From the NCBI GenBank assembly GCA_002633005.1, contig NMRA01000054.1:681711-744360 (forward strand): 62,650 nt of DNA, given 5' to 3'. Below, one piece after another: positions 51,901 to 62,650 of the stretch. The position numbers and the translations under genes are program-made. Each line of letters opens with the position of its first letter. The stretch's first letter is position 1. The stretch comes from Phoronis australis (lineage: Eukaryota > Animalia > Phoronida). The notes under the pieces were generated by a model. That model saw only the letters and a program-made list of their open reading frames with translations, was not told the DNA's origin and did not search any database.

Positions 51901-54008
51901 GCTGGGTGTGGGGGGGGGGCTATAGCCCCACTGACTTTTTTCAGTGCTACGCCGCCCGTGAATTGGATTATGACCTGTGAAGCTTACTCGAATTCTTCTA
52001 CGTCTTACCTTCATATTATTTAAATCATCATGATAGTCAATTTTTATTTAACGAATGAAAAATTTTTATGGTACTCAGTTGCCATGGTAACATTTATATG
52101 CCTGTCTACTCTCATACTTAACGTGAGCTTGGTCACTCCACCCTGTAATTGCCGAATGACTTCTAAAGTACATTTTATGTTACTTACTGTGGCAAAAGGT
52201 TGTGAGGATCATTTTAGTTTGCGTATTGATTTGTACTGAGATCGCTTTGCTAATTGTACGCCTTAGCTACCATGAAAATTTTGAAACCCGTGGTTCCAAG
52301 TTTAAGAGACATTTATCTCTCACGCGAGTGTGACAATGAGTGACAAAATCAGATTTTGGGTGGAATCGGTTAAACGATCAGCATCCTGTAAAAACCACAA
52401 AATTCAGATTAAAGTGACTTTATTTACTTTATGTAATGATTAGCAGTTAATACGGTGGACGTTACCAGCGCAACAGTTGGCAGCTGACGGGAGGGGGGGG
52501 GGAGGGGCACAGGTTAGATGCACTGGTGTGGTTAGACTCATTCGAAAACATGCATGTTAATCATAGTGTTTGGCTAAATTAGAAGTACAGACGTGGAAAA
52601 CAAAAACGACGCTAAAGTGCAACATGTAAACGACGTTTCGATACTAATCAAAAGTCATCCTGAGGTACAATAGTAGACAGAAAACAAAATATCGTAAAAG
52701 AATTAGATTAATATTCAAACGTCGTTCTCAAACATGTATGTGCCATCGTTTCCTCGATGGAAACGTTTTGGCCAATTTCATGAAAATTCACCAAAGAAAT
52801 CTAGTTACAGAAACTGCCACCAGCCATGAGGAGACCAACAGTAGTCAAATTATTTAAAAATTGAAGTCGACTGATTTGATTACCGTAGAAACATAATTGC
52901 AAAAATTAATGAAGCCCCTTTATGCGGTTTACGAGATACAGCAACATACTGCCCGTAATCGGGCACTGTAAAATACGCGATGGTACGTCCTCTATCGGCT
53001 CTTGCTTGAAAACAAACAAAAGGCCCATATTTTAGATTTTTTATTTTCTTAGTCAGACAGCAAACTGATGAAAAGTATCATTGGAAAGCACCAGCACCAC
53101 GCAAACTGGCCCCAGAACACCTCAAAAATGACTAAAAATCAAAGACACAAAATTGGGCAAAATTTAGCGAAGTTTAGCACTCCACTGAATGTTAACAGAA
53201 ACACCTTTGAAAATTTTAAAGACTGTCTTCTGATAGATAAGTTCAATGCCTACATAAACATTATAAATATTTCTTCTTTCCTGTTCTTTTAAACCGTTTT
53301 AAAACAACTTCACTGACTGAACCTTTTTGAATAAAAAATTAGCTATTTTGAGCCAAAATATTCATGGTGTAACTTAAAAAAATGATGGCCCAAAATTTTC
53401 AAATAAGCATTTGAACATATTCCACCAGGATGTATGTAAACACATTTTTTTCAAGATCGGAGTCGGTAACCCTGGAGTCGACCTTTTGGTGCTCTCGTGG
53501 AATGACAGTTTAAAGATTTGACACGCTACCTGAAACGAGAGATGATGGGGGAGATTGATGTAACGACACTGTTTTAAAGAAGGAACTCATTTTGCTTTTC
53601 TTTTGATAAATATGAGCATTTACAGAGGGATTTTCCAAGCAAATAATACCATAGAAGACATGTTCAACAATTATTTAAACGACTTCAAAATTTTGTGAAA
53701 TTTACTGTAGACTCAGTGAGAAAACAGGTGTAAAACTACCAAAAGTTGCAAAGACTGTCTGTCGTATTTGAGATCCAAATGTTTCTGGGAAACAATAAAA
53801 TATTTATCACACTCCTCATCTTGTATTTTCCAGACGTACACTACAGACTACCAAGTGGCGGATTCAGCAGGCACAGCAACCGCATTTCTGTGCGGGGTGA
53901 AGACTAAATCATTCGTGGTTGGAGTAGACGACGAAGTCAAATACCAGGATTGTAGCACTCGGAAAAAGTCAGAGATTGACTGTATACATAAGTGGTCCCA
54001 AAACGCCG
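30883..54008 (+). CDS. ALP: Alkaline phosphatase (tissue-nonspecific-like), 5' partial: join(30883..30946,31858..31986,35506..35597,53834..54008), continues beyond the window
   Basis: Signal-peptide-like MDPLSWLILSICVFEIGNA; AKNVILFVGDGMGVSTVT; RIKKGQ..GEENVLSFEKFPHVALSK; TYTTDYQVADSAGTATAFLCGVKT with catalytic Ser in DSA. All phases are consistent. Confidence 0.93.
31858..31986 (+). CDS. ALP: ALP exon 2
   Basis: AAQWRKQAQSEIQDALQRRPNTNVAKNVILFVGDGMGVSTVT, with the metal-binding Asp of GDGMG. Confidence 0.95.
32245..33818 (-). mobile_element. Degenerate Tc1/mariner transposon, DD37D (maT-like), in ALP intron 2
   Basis: Minus-strand remnants IVFTNETDFTLE...NRQNDR, QQDRAPSHT, DCNPKDY (37 residues between the Asps after one frameshift) and RLVVEEDGGHIEHRLK. 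Imperfect TIRs AAAAGTGAkCCrCTTTTTGACAAG at about 32252 and about 33782-33805. Confidence 0.85.
35506..35597 (+). CDS. ALP: ALP exon 3
   Basis: (A)MRIKKGQDQGQAGEENVLSFEKFPHVALSK; donor GTATGT. Confidence 0.94.
36072..40276 (-). CDS. CFL: ADF/cofilin family actin-depolymerising factor nested antisense in ALP intron 3: complement(join(36072..36240,37801..37927,40141..40276)) plus an upstream ATG-only exon, about 144 aa
   Basis: (M)ASGIKVAQDAIDIYNKLQKDHAHRYVILKFNDKRTEVV...ATFDDFL...YIAYDFEY...RQKVLLVNWSSDDECVFKEKMLVSST...INDWDDL. GT-AG sites and phases fit; an intron right after the ATG is typical of cofilins. Confidence 0.92.
36453..36530. repeat. 26-bp tandem repeat x3 (ATTTGTCACAGAATGACTTCATrGTT)
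   Basis: Copies start at 36453, 36479 and 36505. Confidence 0.9.
36700..37330. repeat. Degenerate TGACCTT...AAGGTCA tandem repeat (HINE-like core) interrupted by a micro-MITE
   Basis: Repeated GTGTGACCTT...GTCAAGGTCAyCAAAATC...CACCTACACCTCArTACAAAA. Hairpin-like end TCCCC...GGGGA near 37300-37325. Confidence 0.5.
37154..37229. mobile_element. About 70-80-bp micro-MITE family (other copies at 47585-47652, 50260-50370 and 51881-51960)
   Basis: CATGrGyGGCGCA...TTTTTCAGTGCTGCGCyGCyCATG. This copy is flanked by an AAAATA direct repeat. Confidence 0.7.
38072..38170 (+). pseudogene. THAP-domain-like N-terminal fragment, probably a DNA-transposon relic (about 37980-39235)
   Basis: MGKGAFCRAINCTN...(frameshift) FFTFPKDPE followed by GTAAG. 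Weak inverted match TAGTGAGTTCGC (about 37993) / GCGAACTCTCCTA (about 39220). Confidence 0.45.
43592..44492. mobile_element. Foldback non-autonomous element with about 270-bp TIRs and a 9-bp TSD (MULE-like)
   Basis: TAGGCAATGACCATCGCC... / ...GGCGATGGTCATTGCCTA, flanked by identical CCTTTCTGG at 43583-43591 and 44493-44501. This explains the mirror ORFs at 43598+ and 44486-. Confidence 0.85.
44586..46122. mobile_element. pogo/Tc1-mariner-superfamily non-autonomous element
   Basis: Perfect 20-bp TIR CCGTATTCGCCGTAATAACC / GGTTATTACGGCGAATACGG with TA on both sides; subterminal GGGGCGCTTAT repeats. Confidence 0.8.
46140..46740 (-). mobile_element. Merlin (IS1595/ISXO2-like) transposase relic with internal deletion
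   Basis: CxxC..CRC..H..SIRSGSFFEKSHLPL...WFTYIRDICS is joined directly to HHSVNFVDPVTGVHTQNV and then MWRER...AF..IL. The DDE core is missing. Confidence 0.8.
48172..48330. mobile_element. Short GC-rich MITE with CAsTGGCGTAGC termini (related ends at 43352-43563 and about 56681)
   Basis: CACTGGCGTAGC / GCTACGCCAGTG inverted ends. Confidence 0.6.
51221..51223 (-). CDS. Best candidate start-codon exon for the cofilin (alternative candidate at 50474-50476)
   Basis: Minus strand reads ctaaaATG|GTAAGC, a good Kozak A at -3 and a strong phase-0 donor. The second candidate reads aatcATG|GTGAGG. Confidence 0.4.
53834..54008 (+). CDS. ALP: ALP exon 4 (active-site Ser)
   Basis: TYTTDYQVADSAGTATAFLCGVKTKSFVVGV...CIHKWSQNA; donor GTAAGC. 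Confidence 0.95.
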
Positions 54009-54558
54009 GTAAGCCCGCGAAGTGCGAGCAAAAATACTGTAACTATAATATCTTTAGTGCGACCCAGTCTCTCAATAACTTTTCACTCTCGCGACGTGGT
54101 GTGAGCCGGTAAGACGATTCGGGGGTTAAAACTTAACTGAGTTGAGCTGTATCAAACATGCAATATGAACTCAAGGCTTAAAGTTATTATTTCCATGTTC
54201 CATGAATCTTTCCATGCGTGCACCTAGCCTTTAATATTGGGGGGGCTCGAATTTCTGACGAAGTGGACCTTTTGGTAACAAAAAACGGGAGGATTAAAAA
54301 AAGGGTTACCACGCCTTTTTAGTGGACTTCTATCTCGTTTTCTTAGACTTTTTGGTTCTCTAAGGCGGATCTTTTTTCCCACTTCGCCAAATGGGGGGGA
54401 GGGGGTTGAGGTCGTTGGAGCCCCCGGAGCCCCCTTGGGTGTTACTATTGTCAATTTTCAGCGCATCATGTGTCGTGCCAAATATCAATGAGACCTGACG
54501 CTGACAGGTTTTCTTTTCAAGGAGTTAAAGCAGCGTACGACCGATGATCTATATTTAA

Positions 54559-56025
54559 AGGCGAAGGCAACCTTTTTCCATGTCAGTTTGAGCTAAAATA
54601 AGGTTGGTTGGTTATCCTAGACATATTTTTCACTTAATTACAGCTTTTCGTAATTTTATTAATTACTCGTCCGCTTTTCCGGAAGTGACGTTTTAGGAGG
54701 CAAGCGCTTCCCGCCACTTGGTTTTGCGTTGAGCTTACTGTGCGAATCTGTTCTATTCTACTTTTGTTTTGTGCTATACGCTTCAAGCAGCACTTCCACC
54801 TGTCTAGCTGCTTGAAGAACGAAAATCAAATTCAGCCTTTCATAAAATCGTTTTCATAATCTTGCTTGTCGCAAAAGGAATGCAACAAGAACATCGAAAC
54901 CATCAGTGACTCAAAAACCGCGAGTATTCTGCGGCAAGATAGGTTAGTAGAGAACTCAACTGCGTTGGATTTAGGGATTGTTTAGTGTGTTGTAAGCTGA
55001 AAATGGCTGGAGTCGGTGACCCGTATCACAGTGACAGTAGTGTGAGTGACGGAGACCTTGTTCACAGCAGTGGTGACNNNNNNNNNNNNNNNNNNNNNNN
55101 NNNNNNNNNNNNNNNNNNNNNNNNNNNNNNNNNNNNNNNNNNNNNNNNNNNNNNNNNNNNNNNNNNNNNNNNNNNNNNNNNNNNNNNNNNNNNNNNNNNN
55201 NNNNNNNNNNNNNNNNNNNNNNNNNNNNNNNNNNNNNNNNNNNNNNNNNNNNNNNNNNNNNNNNNNNNNNNNNNNNNNNNNNNNNNNNNNNNNNNNNNNN
55301 NNNNNNNNNNNNNNNNNNNNNNNNNNNNNNNNNNNNNNNNNNNNNNNNNNNNNNNNNNNNNNNNNNNNNNNNNNNNNNNNNNNNNNNNNNNNNNNNNNNN
55401 NNNNNNNNNNNNNNNNNNNNNNNNNNNNNNNNNNNNNNNNNNNNNNNNNNNNNNNNNNNNNNNNNNNNNNNNNNNNNNNNNNNNNNNNNNNNNNNNNNNN
55501 NNNNNNNNNNNNNNNNNNNNNNNNNNNNNNNNNNNNNNNNNNNNNNNNNNNNNNNNNNNNNNNNNNNNNNNNNNNNNNNNNNNNNNNNNNNNNNNNNNNN
55601 NNNNNNNNNNNNNNNNNNNNNNNNNNNNNNNNNNNNNNNNNNNNNNNNNNNNNNNNNNNNNNNNNNNNNNNNNNNNNNNNNNNNNNNNNNNNNNNNNNNN
55701 NNNNNNNNNNNNNNNNNNNNNNNNNNNNNNNNNNNNNNNNNNNNNNNNNNNNNNNNNNNNNNNNNNNNNNNNNNNNATGAAAGCGAACGACGACGGAACT
55801 TAACACAACCGAGGTAGAACAATGACTGACTCGGCAGCTCTCACAGTCAGACTATGTGAAAAGAAATTGGCGGGAAGCGCTTGCCTCCTAAAACGTCACT
55901 TCCTGAAAAGCGGACGAATAATTAATAAAATTACGAAAAGCTGTAATTAAGTGAAAAATATGTCTAGGATAACCAACCAACCTTATTTTAGCTCAAAATG
56001 ACATGGAAAAGGGTTGCCTTCGCCT
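54559..56025. mobile_element. TTAA-targeting element (Kolobok-like) with about 158-bp TIRs spanning the assembly gap
   Basis: TTAA|AGGCGAAGGCAACC...TTCCCGCCA and its near-perfect reverse complement at about 55868-56025, then |TTAA. Confidence 0.8.
55078..55776. other. Assembly gap (N run)
   Basis: Run of n. The ORFs crossing it are artefacts. Confidence 0.99.
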
Positions 56026-57649
56026 TTAAATCAAAATACGCCACTTGTCAGTCCGCTGAATGTAGCAAGTGTAAAAACTTATTGAGAGACTCGGGCGCGT
56101 TTGCATCGCGGTACAGTGCACTCGTGCAACGCCCTTGAGCCGAGATACACGTGAGCTTGAGTTAACGCATGGTTCCGTGAAGAGTGCTGCACGAGTATTG
56201 CTTCAGGGCAGTAGAACTCTCTAAATACCTGACTGCATTTTTACGTGACAGAAAGACGCGGAGCGACCCAGACGGAGGGAGTGGGCCAAAGGACCAGGGG
56301 TAGCACAAATTGGTAGCATGATCAAGGGGTGGGGGCAGGGAGCGGGGAGAAGCGACATCGGTGGCGACGAAGGTGACTGCTGGCCGGGGCCAGTGGCGAC
56401 TGGTGCTACTAAGAGGTCACAGAGGGACGAGGTGGCGCGGTGGTGACGGAGGTAATTCTACTGAATCAGTCGGGAGCCAGTACGCTCGGAGGTGGACAGG
56501 GTGGCAAAAACGACCTGGGAGCATATAACTGGTGACGCAACCAGGTGGGAATGCGTCCACGACAAGGGGGTGCGAGGGGAAGGCACTGGTGAGAGGAAGG
56601 GACGGGACAAAATTGGTGATGAGGGGGAGGGGTGCACTGCCACTTCCCGTCCGTAAGGCGATAATGCTAACTACGCCACTGTAGGCACTACAACGATGCA
56701 CCTCCATACAGCATATTTCATCATGCACATTTAAAAGAGTTGACCGATACAATTTATGAGCCATCACACTTAGTCTATATAACTAAGTCATAATATGAGT
56801 TGGCAAATAGTTCGGTGGGGCTTTACGTGTCCGTAGCAATATTGTCTGTCCTTATGAGTTATTCAACGCTATGTTTTTTTTATCTACGCACCAATAATTT
56901 TCAAAATACATAAGGCCATCCCAAAAGCGTTTACAAAAATACACTGATACATGAATATCAGGGAATGGCTAACCGTGGAACTCAGTACGTCATACTGTGT
57001 CCTAATCCCAAATTTCTTTTGCAGGACATAGAAGTTAGGAGAAAAAAATACATTTGACTCAAATTGCAAAGAACAAAGGGCGAATGTTTTTTTTCAGACT
57101 CCGCAGAACTTAGTCTCTTCTCCATTAATAGCTGAATTAAATTGAACACACAGAATCAGCTCTACTCATATCTAGTTCCCCGCTCTGGTGACTCTGGTGA
57201 AAAATCGATAGGAACGCTTCAGGTTCAAAACTGGTTGCGTTACATACCAAAACCCTGAAAATGTTGTTCTCTGCAATGAAAATTCATCGTTATTTTTTAA
57301 CTTTTAACCCTCGCGACTGAAATAATCTTTTGATATCTGGAACATGAAAAACTCCATGCCTTCTAAGGAAAACCGATTCCAGGTACTCAAATTTCAAATT
57401 TGTTTGTGTACATTTTTGGGGCAGCCTGTTTTGTTCCTTTTGATTTCGGAGGATTTTTCAGTTTCATTGCTCGTAGCTTCACAAATTTTCATTCCATTGA
57501 AAACAAAGCCTTAGTCTACAACACAACACCAATAGCAAATAATTGTAAGTAGCTTATCGTCGAACAAAGGTGACATTTGCTTGATTCGTATCAGTATTAT
57601 CACAGTCGCCATTTTAATATTTTTTTGATAACTGGAACAATGCCTTGCC

Positions 57650-57995
57650 AATTGACCCTTGTTTGGACGACCACGGATGACATTTTTTGCGAAGTACACT
57701 TATTCATTGCTTCGTGCAACACGTTATGTGTTATTATATTTTCATTCCCCGTATGCATAGCAATGGTGCATTTTTGCACCAGCATATACAGCACACATCA
57801 CGAATTTTTGTCCGACCGGTCGAAAATTGGTCGACGACCAGCCGTCGACCGGTCGTCTAGCCGACCAGCAGCCGACCAACAACGGTCGGCTAGGAGCCAT
57901 CTGATGAGTCGCCTCTGTGGTCGGCACTTGGGTCGGCTAAGTGGTCGTCAAGCGTAGACGACCAATTCGGGTTAAGCGTGCCCTTGGTCGGCAAT
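57650..57995. repeat. CGACC/GGTCG-rich quasi-palindromic tract
   Basis: More than a dozen CGACC or GGTCG pentamers, mostly CGACC on the left and GGTCG on the right. Confidence 0.55.
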
Positions 57996-58879
57996 TACCA
58001 TTTTATGACTTAGCGAGTGAACTTTGGCCAAACAAACATTTAACTGTTCGTTGTTCGTTCACCAGTGGCAACTCCGGTCTTGATATCGGTTTATCAACTT
58101 TTGTTCAACTATTGAAAGGTGGTAAAATCGAATCAACCTACATATACAAAGTGCGTGACATTACACCAACGTGAACTTTTTGTTGAATTACTGACGGCGT
58201 GGTAAAATCAAACGTAAAGTTATATCGCGGAAGCACAATTTCTGTGAGACTTTTCATACAGTACATTATGCATAAAAACAAGCAAGGAATTTGAAATTTT
58301 TTAGTAAAAGTGCACAAAAATCAGAATACAACGCTGGCTGTTTTACGACCTCAAGTGTTTTCATGCCGCGGAATGCTCAACAAGCAACACGCATTCGCGC
58401 TCAGCTGTTATTGCTCTTGATCATCACTTCATCACGTTGTATTATTCGCTTTACCACAGATAATTATTGTTTATTTTTGTATAATTTCTTAATATGTTGG
58501 TACAGCAGTGGAACAAAAGTTTATTTTAAGAACAACATAAACAATGGTTTTAACATAGCGCAGTGATTAAGATCATGGGAGCATGAAAACGGAAACAATG
58601 TTGTGATCGGTTATAATGTCATCCACGATCCATCATCATTCTGAATTTGTTCACTTTCGGAGTAAAAAATTGTTTCGAAGCTAGAACCTTCCTATTTAGC
58701 CAGCTAGTTTTATAAGGCTATTGTCAAAATACAGCAAGGTGTTACTGTGTATTGAGCTGCGACAGACCTCGAAATGGCAAACAGCCCGATGATAAATACG
58801 CTCGTCACCTCGTCGTGAAGCTTGTATCAACATGAGCTGAAGACCGGAGGGTGTGCATGCAAAATCTGGAACTCAATTT

Positions 58880-61075
58880 TTTTAAGTGATTTAAGTGATA
58901 TATATATTTATTGAAGAATACACAGAACATACAAAGAAATAATAACAAACCCAGAAACCGCGAAGCATTATATCTGGGTTGTAATCAATTCATAAATGAA
59001 ACTAATATACATAGAGGTATATACAATTAAGTAGTATCTAAAATAAGTATTCCAATACTTAGATATGCTATTACAGATATATAAAAACAAAAATATGTAC
59101 AGATTCATGAAGGGAAGTCAGATGCAACAATATTGATAAACGGTACATAAAAATTTACTAACGTTGCTTAGGAGGAATTCGTTGAGAACGAAGTCAAGGT
59201 TAGGACTACCATTCAGTAATGATGTAACTCTAGTAGGGATATTATTACAAGAATTGAGAGCGTTAACAATTGATTGGTTTTCATTGAGTGCACAAAAGGG
59301 TGGGTCTCTCGGGTATTCGATGAGGGGACATTTGAAGAAAATATGAGGATAAGATTGATGGTTACCACATTTACAGTTTGGAGGGACATTACTAAAGTTG
59401 TGCCTGAACTTGTCAGAGTTGAGGAAAAGGCCACATCTTGATCTGTACAATGATATTTCGTTATCGCGGGTAAGGGAGAATTGAGTCAAGGGTGTTGAGT
59501 TATCAAAATTATGAAAACAGTTCTAAAATTATTTTTTATACTCGTAAAAGAGTTGCTTTCCTTAACAGAGGCTGGAAGAGAATTCCAGTTGTTGATGCAC
59601 GTCATGACTGTAGACCTTCTGAATGGCTGACTGAACGACGGAGGAATTGCATATGGGGTGGAGGATCTCAAATCACTACGATGGCCTTGTCTAGTATATA
59701 GATCAAATATTTTTTTGACAGACACATTGCTGACATTGTTTATTACCTTGAAAGTAAATGTGGTCATGTGAAGATTGCGTCGAGTAGACAGTTTGGGCCA
59801 CTTGAGACTATTCAAAACCTTATCACTATTGGATCCCCTGTAAGCTCCGGTTATGAGTAAGGCGGCTTGATATTGTAACTTCTCCAAATGTTGGAGTGCA
59901 CCCGTATTGGCGGACTGATATATAATTTCACAATAATCAATGTGTGGAAGTATAAAGGATTTGAACAAAACTTGTAAATGCGTAGAATTCAGATGACGAG
60001 AGACAAGCTTAAGTGGGTTAATTAGTTCCTGAGTTTTTTGTTACGAGCTCCCGAACGTGAGGGGTGAATGAGAGTTTCTCATCTAACTGTATACCCAGAT
60101 GTCTGTGCGACTGTTTTCTAGGAATGATTTCATCATTAAGTTTAAAGTCATAAGACGGGTCAACTTTTGGAGAAGGTGAGGTCAACGTTTTTTTTTTTGG
60201 TTTAAAATTCATTCTCCATTCTTGTGACCAATAGCTGAGTTTATTTAAGTCATGTTGAAGCTGCAAAGAACATCCAGGGCTGCTCCCTGCGAAGGGGTAA
60301 AAAGCGCTGTGTCATCTGCATAAAGGTATGTGCTACATGACAGGTTATCAGGAAGGTCATTAGTATAAACCAAGAAGAGAAGAGGGCCCAATACGCTAAC
60401 CTGCGGTACACCTGCGTTTACAAATCCAGGAGGGGATAAAGTTGAAAGTACGCCGTCGACACGAACACTGTATGTTCTTTCGGAGATATATGAGGTGATC
60501 ATGTTTAAAAGATTACCAGTAATGCCATAGGATCGAAGTTTGTGAAGCAGAAGGTCGCGAGGGACACAGTCGAAAGCAGAAGCTATATCTAGAAAAATAG
60601 ACCTGACACTCTCGCCCTTCTCAAAATGTAAATGAATCTCATGTACTATTTCAACAAGTTGTGTCACGGTGCTGTTCCCACGCAAAAAACCAAATTGACG
60701 ATGATAGATCAAGTTGTTTTGTTTGAGAAATGTAAGAATATTTTGAGCAATGATCTTCTCGAAGATTTTGGACAGGGTATTAAGTAAAGTTATTGGGCGA
60801 TTATTTGAAATTTCAGTTTTGGAGCCTATTTGTGTATAGGGACCATAATTCCATGTTTCCAAGAAGACGGATATATACCTAGCTGAAGAAGTTTGTTAAA
60901 TAGATTGGTCAGGGGCATGGTAATTTCGTTGGCAATAATTTTGATCATCTTGCTGGTTATTAAAGCTGTGCCATCATTCTTATTGGAGTCAATTTCATTG
61001 AGATACTTCCGGACATCAGTTTGATTAGCCGGGATGTCAGGCAGTTGATTGAGACAACGTTCACGAAGAAAGAGA
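58880..61075 (-). mobile_element. 5'-truncated, frameshifted non-LTR retrotransposon (CR1/L2-like LINE), RT plus C-terminal domain
   Basis: NRPITLLNTLSKIFEKI, QFGFLRGNSTVTQL, FLDIASAFDCV, GVPQVSVLGPLLFLVY, YADD, RHLGI, ILPHIDYC and CKCG..HIFFKC. The 3' end has AATAAA plus a short (ATCACTTAA) tandem tail. Confidence 0.93.
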
Positions 61076-62650
61076 ACTCAATTGACATTCACATTGCCCG
61101 TTACGGCCGTTTAAGCGAAAAAATATCCGACGTCATTTTCTTGGGTAATTCTCTGCATTGGTAACAAAGAAATGTATGTCGTCATTTTGAAAGTAGTACA
61201 TTTGTGACACGCGCCACTTCCAGAAATTTTTGGACATCTCCCATTAGATGATGACAACATCGCAGCAAAATCTGTTCTAAAATTCGGTTTACTGATATCA
61301 AATTCCAAAAACATATAATGAAGTGAAACCAATTCTGATCATTTGTTGTGACGTTTAGGCAACCTCGAGGGAGAATCTGGGAAAAAGAAACTGGCTAATA
61401 GGTGACGCAATATTTCATTGCGCCGAAAGTCGACGCAAAAGATCACACCACAATGTTAGCAGCAGAATAATAGTAGAAAAGCATTTTTTCAACGCCGGTA
61501 AATAATTTAGATTACTCAAGAAAGTTTTTTTATTGGGCCAGTTTTTACCCACAACGGCGCAATTAAAAGTTGTATATGTAATTTAGTAAACAGCTTCGCA
61601 CCAAGGCCGAGCCCTTTGGAGCAAGAACACAATACTTAGCGTTTCGCGTCTATTCTAAGGGGTAAAAGTTATGCTTATTTACGTGTCATTAAAAACTTCT
61701 TCTGTTGAAAGTTTCTTTCTCACGAAAGCGGTCTTCGAATGTAGAATATGGACTGTGGTATGTAGTGTTTGTCCTATCATTTTAGTTCACGTTCTTTCCG
61801 AAAATTATCTAAACGAATGTTTGTTTTCAAAGCAGGGGGAGAATTGTGATCAGATATAAATGTGAATGGCTTATTGTTCGCGTACGTGCTATTCACAGTT
61901 ATAACATATTATTCAACATATATTACAATATACGTATGCCTAAGAACGTACGTGCTTCGAGTCAGTGACCCTGTAATCAGTATGCCGTAAACTTTGTTTA
62001 CCTAAACTTTGAAGTCGTGCTTTGTACTTGATCACGGTTTATTAATGAAGGTCCTGAAAAGACACGACTGTGAAAGTTTTGAAAATTCAACTCTTTCTTT
62101 ACGCAGATACGTTTTCTGCCCACGCGTACATTTGATGTAGCCCCGGCCTAACTCTCACTAAGTAAAGTTAGTGGCAGCTAGCTCACACTAAACCCCGGCG
62201 GCGGGCCACAATTCACGCACAAATTACTGACGTGTGTCATTGGTTCAAGTTTAATCTTTATCAGAGCTCAAATCATGAAATACATACAAAAGAGCAAATA
62301 TGGTGATAGGCAAACGGGGGAGTTTTGTGGCCTGAATTCTGGACACTGGGGTTCAGTGCCAGTGCCTAGCTTTTTGTCAGTCATAAAAATGAAGAGTGGG
62401 CAAAAGTTAAGTACAACTGCTTCATAGTAAAAATCTGGTCAAAAGAGATTGAAAGAATATTAAAAGAAGTGATGTTGTTATCTCTGATCAGTGTTAGTAA
62501 TGATCCCAGCCACCGCGAGTATGATAGGGCTTAAGTCAACACGGTAGTTTCCTTGTACCCCGCAAAGTTTAATAGTTTATAACTTATTAGTTCATCGATT
62601 GTTAAAAATGGAAAACCATGCTTGGTTGTTTTTTTTCCAACTTAATACAG

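Noticed and set aside
54971-55822. Long ORFs of 244-283 aa
   Set aside because: They consist almost entirely of N-gap codons.
62620-62650. Pyrimidine tract ending in CAG at the window edge, possibly the acceptor of ALP exon 5
   Set aside because: The exon sequence lies outside the window, so it cannot be supported here.

Overview
Eukaryotic, AT-rich, intron-rich animal genomic DNA. The repeat content suggests a lophotrochozoan/mollusc-like invertebrate (inference). Most ORF-track entries are spurious, so I rebuilt four spliced genes by hand from GT-AG sites with consistent phases. (1) A complete 10-exon Wee1 kinase (+, 1160-13882, 594 aa). (2) A complete theta-like glutathione S-transferase-fold gene (+, 19395-27447), largely missed by the ORF track, with a second phase-compatible candidate first exon encoding an N-myristoylation-like start and with PKA-type RRxS motifs at both ends. 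(3) The first four coding exons of a secreted alkaline phosphatase (+, 30883-54008, continuing past the window). (4) An ADF/cofilin gene nested antisense in ALP intron 3 (36072-40276, start exon uncertain). Introns and intergenic DNA carry many mobile-element relics: a Helentron/HINE-like element whose tandem array holds 11 co-oriented CTCF-like motifs at about 150-bp spacing, a Maverick/Polinton capsid-protease fragment, a DD37D mariner/maT relic, a Merlin relic, a CR1/L2-like LINE, and Harbinger-, pogo-, Kolobok- and MULE-like non-autonomous elements. There is a roughly 700-nt N gap at 55078-55776. No CRISPR array, rRNA or genuine tRNA was seen. I cannot claim a wholly new system. The best leads are the CTCF-motif array, the GST isoform architecture and the nested antisense cofilin.
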